From: Antechinus flavipes
Lineage: Eukaryota
Direction of reading: 5' to 3'
Length of the DNA: 64,000 bases
Assembly: GCF_016432865.1 (NCBI RefSeq)
Contig: NC_067398.1
Location: 489,366,001 to 489,430,000 of the forward strand
This document shows, piece after piece, positions 63,830-64,000 of this stretch; within the stretch, counting starts at the first letter, position 1, and each line of letters starts with the position of its first letter. The translations under genes and the position numbers were made by a program. Below the pieces are notes generated by a model that was given only the letters and a program-made list of their open reading frames with translations, did no database searches and was not told the origin of the DNA.

Positions 63830-64000
63830 GAAAATGACAATAGCTGCAGTTAATATTTATATTAACCACTATGCGCCAAAAACTGTACTAAATATTTTAC
63901 AGTTATATCTCATTTGATACTCAAAACGTCTTTCAAATTAGGTGCTATTATTATTATCCCCATTATACAGATGAAGAAATTGAGGAGGCAAACAGTTAAG
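63830..64000 (-). mobile_element. MIR, running to the window edge
   Basis: TCTCATTTGATACTCA...TTATTATCCCCATTATACAGATGAAGAAATTGAGG. Confidence 0.75.

Noticed and set aside
1-64000. tRNA, rRNA, snRNA or snoRNA genes, CRISPR arrays, NUMTs
   Set aside because: None recognised. The Pol III A/B boxes belong to tRNA-derived SINEs, and the sequence is eukaryotic.

Overview
Strongly AT-rich, CpG-depleted, non-coding vertebrate DNA with five short assembly gaps. The repeat content points to an Australian marsupial, probably a dasyurid such as the Tasmanian devil (inference). It includes WSINE1-type and MAR1-type SINEs, many MIR/L2/L3 relics, marsupial L1 3' ends, and hAT and Tigger-like MITEs. I found no protein-coding exon I can identify. 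The supplied ORFs look like chance ORFs, apart from two L1 ORF2 remnants at 60976-61588. The window reads as the interior of a large intron or a gene desert. The stand-out feature is a long inverted repeat of apparently unique sequence: 55690-55819 versus 58065-58203, with 124 of 129 aligned positions complementary and a 2245-nt spacer. Its right arm lies inside a candidate 178-nt exon (58026-58203) that has a textbook branch point and acceptor, stops in all three frames, and a GT donor exactly where complementarity ends. This is a candidate long-range RNA duplex (ECS-like, ADAR substrate) controlling a poison or 5'UTR exon. Also notable are a CpG-retaining triple-hairpin element at 13.3-13.5 kb and an IR1 nuclear-receptor site next to an inverted RUNX palindrome at 46.66-46.73 kb. 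Repeat family names come from recognising consensus motifs, not from a database search, and repeat boundaries are approximate.
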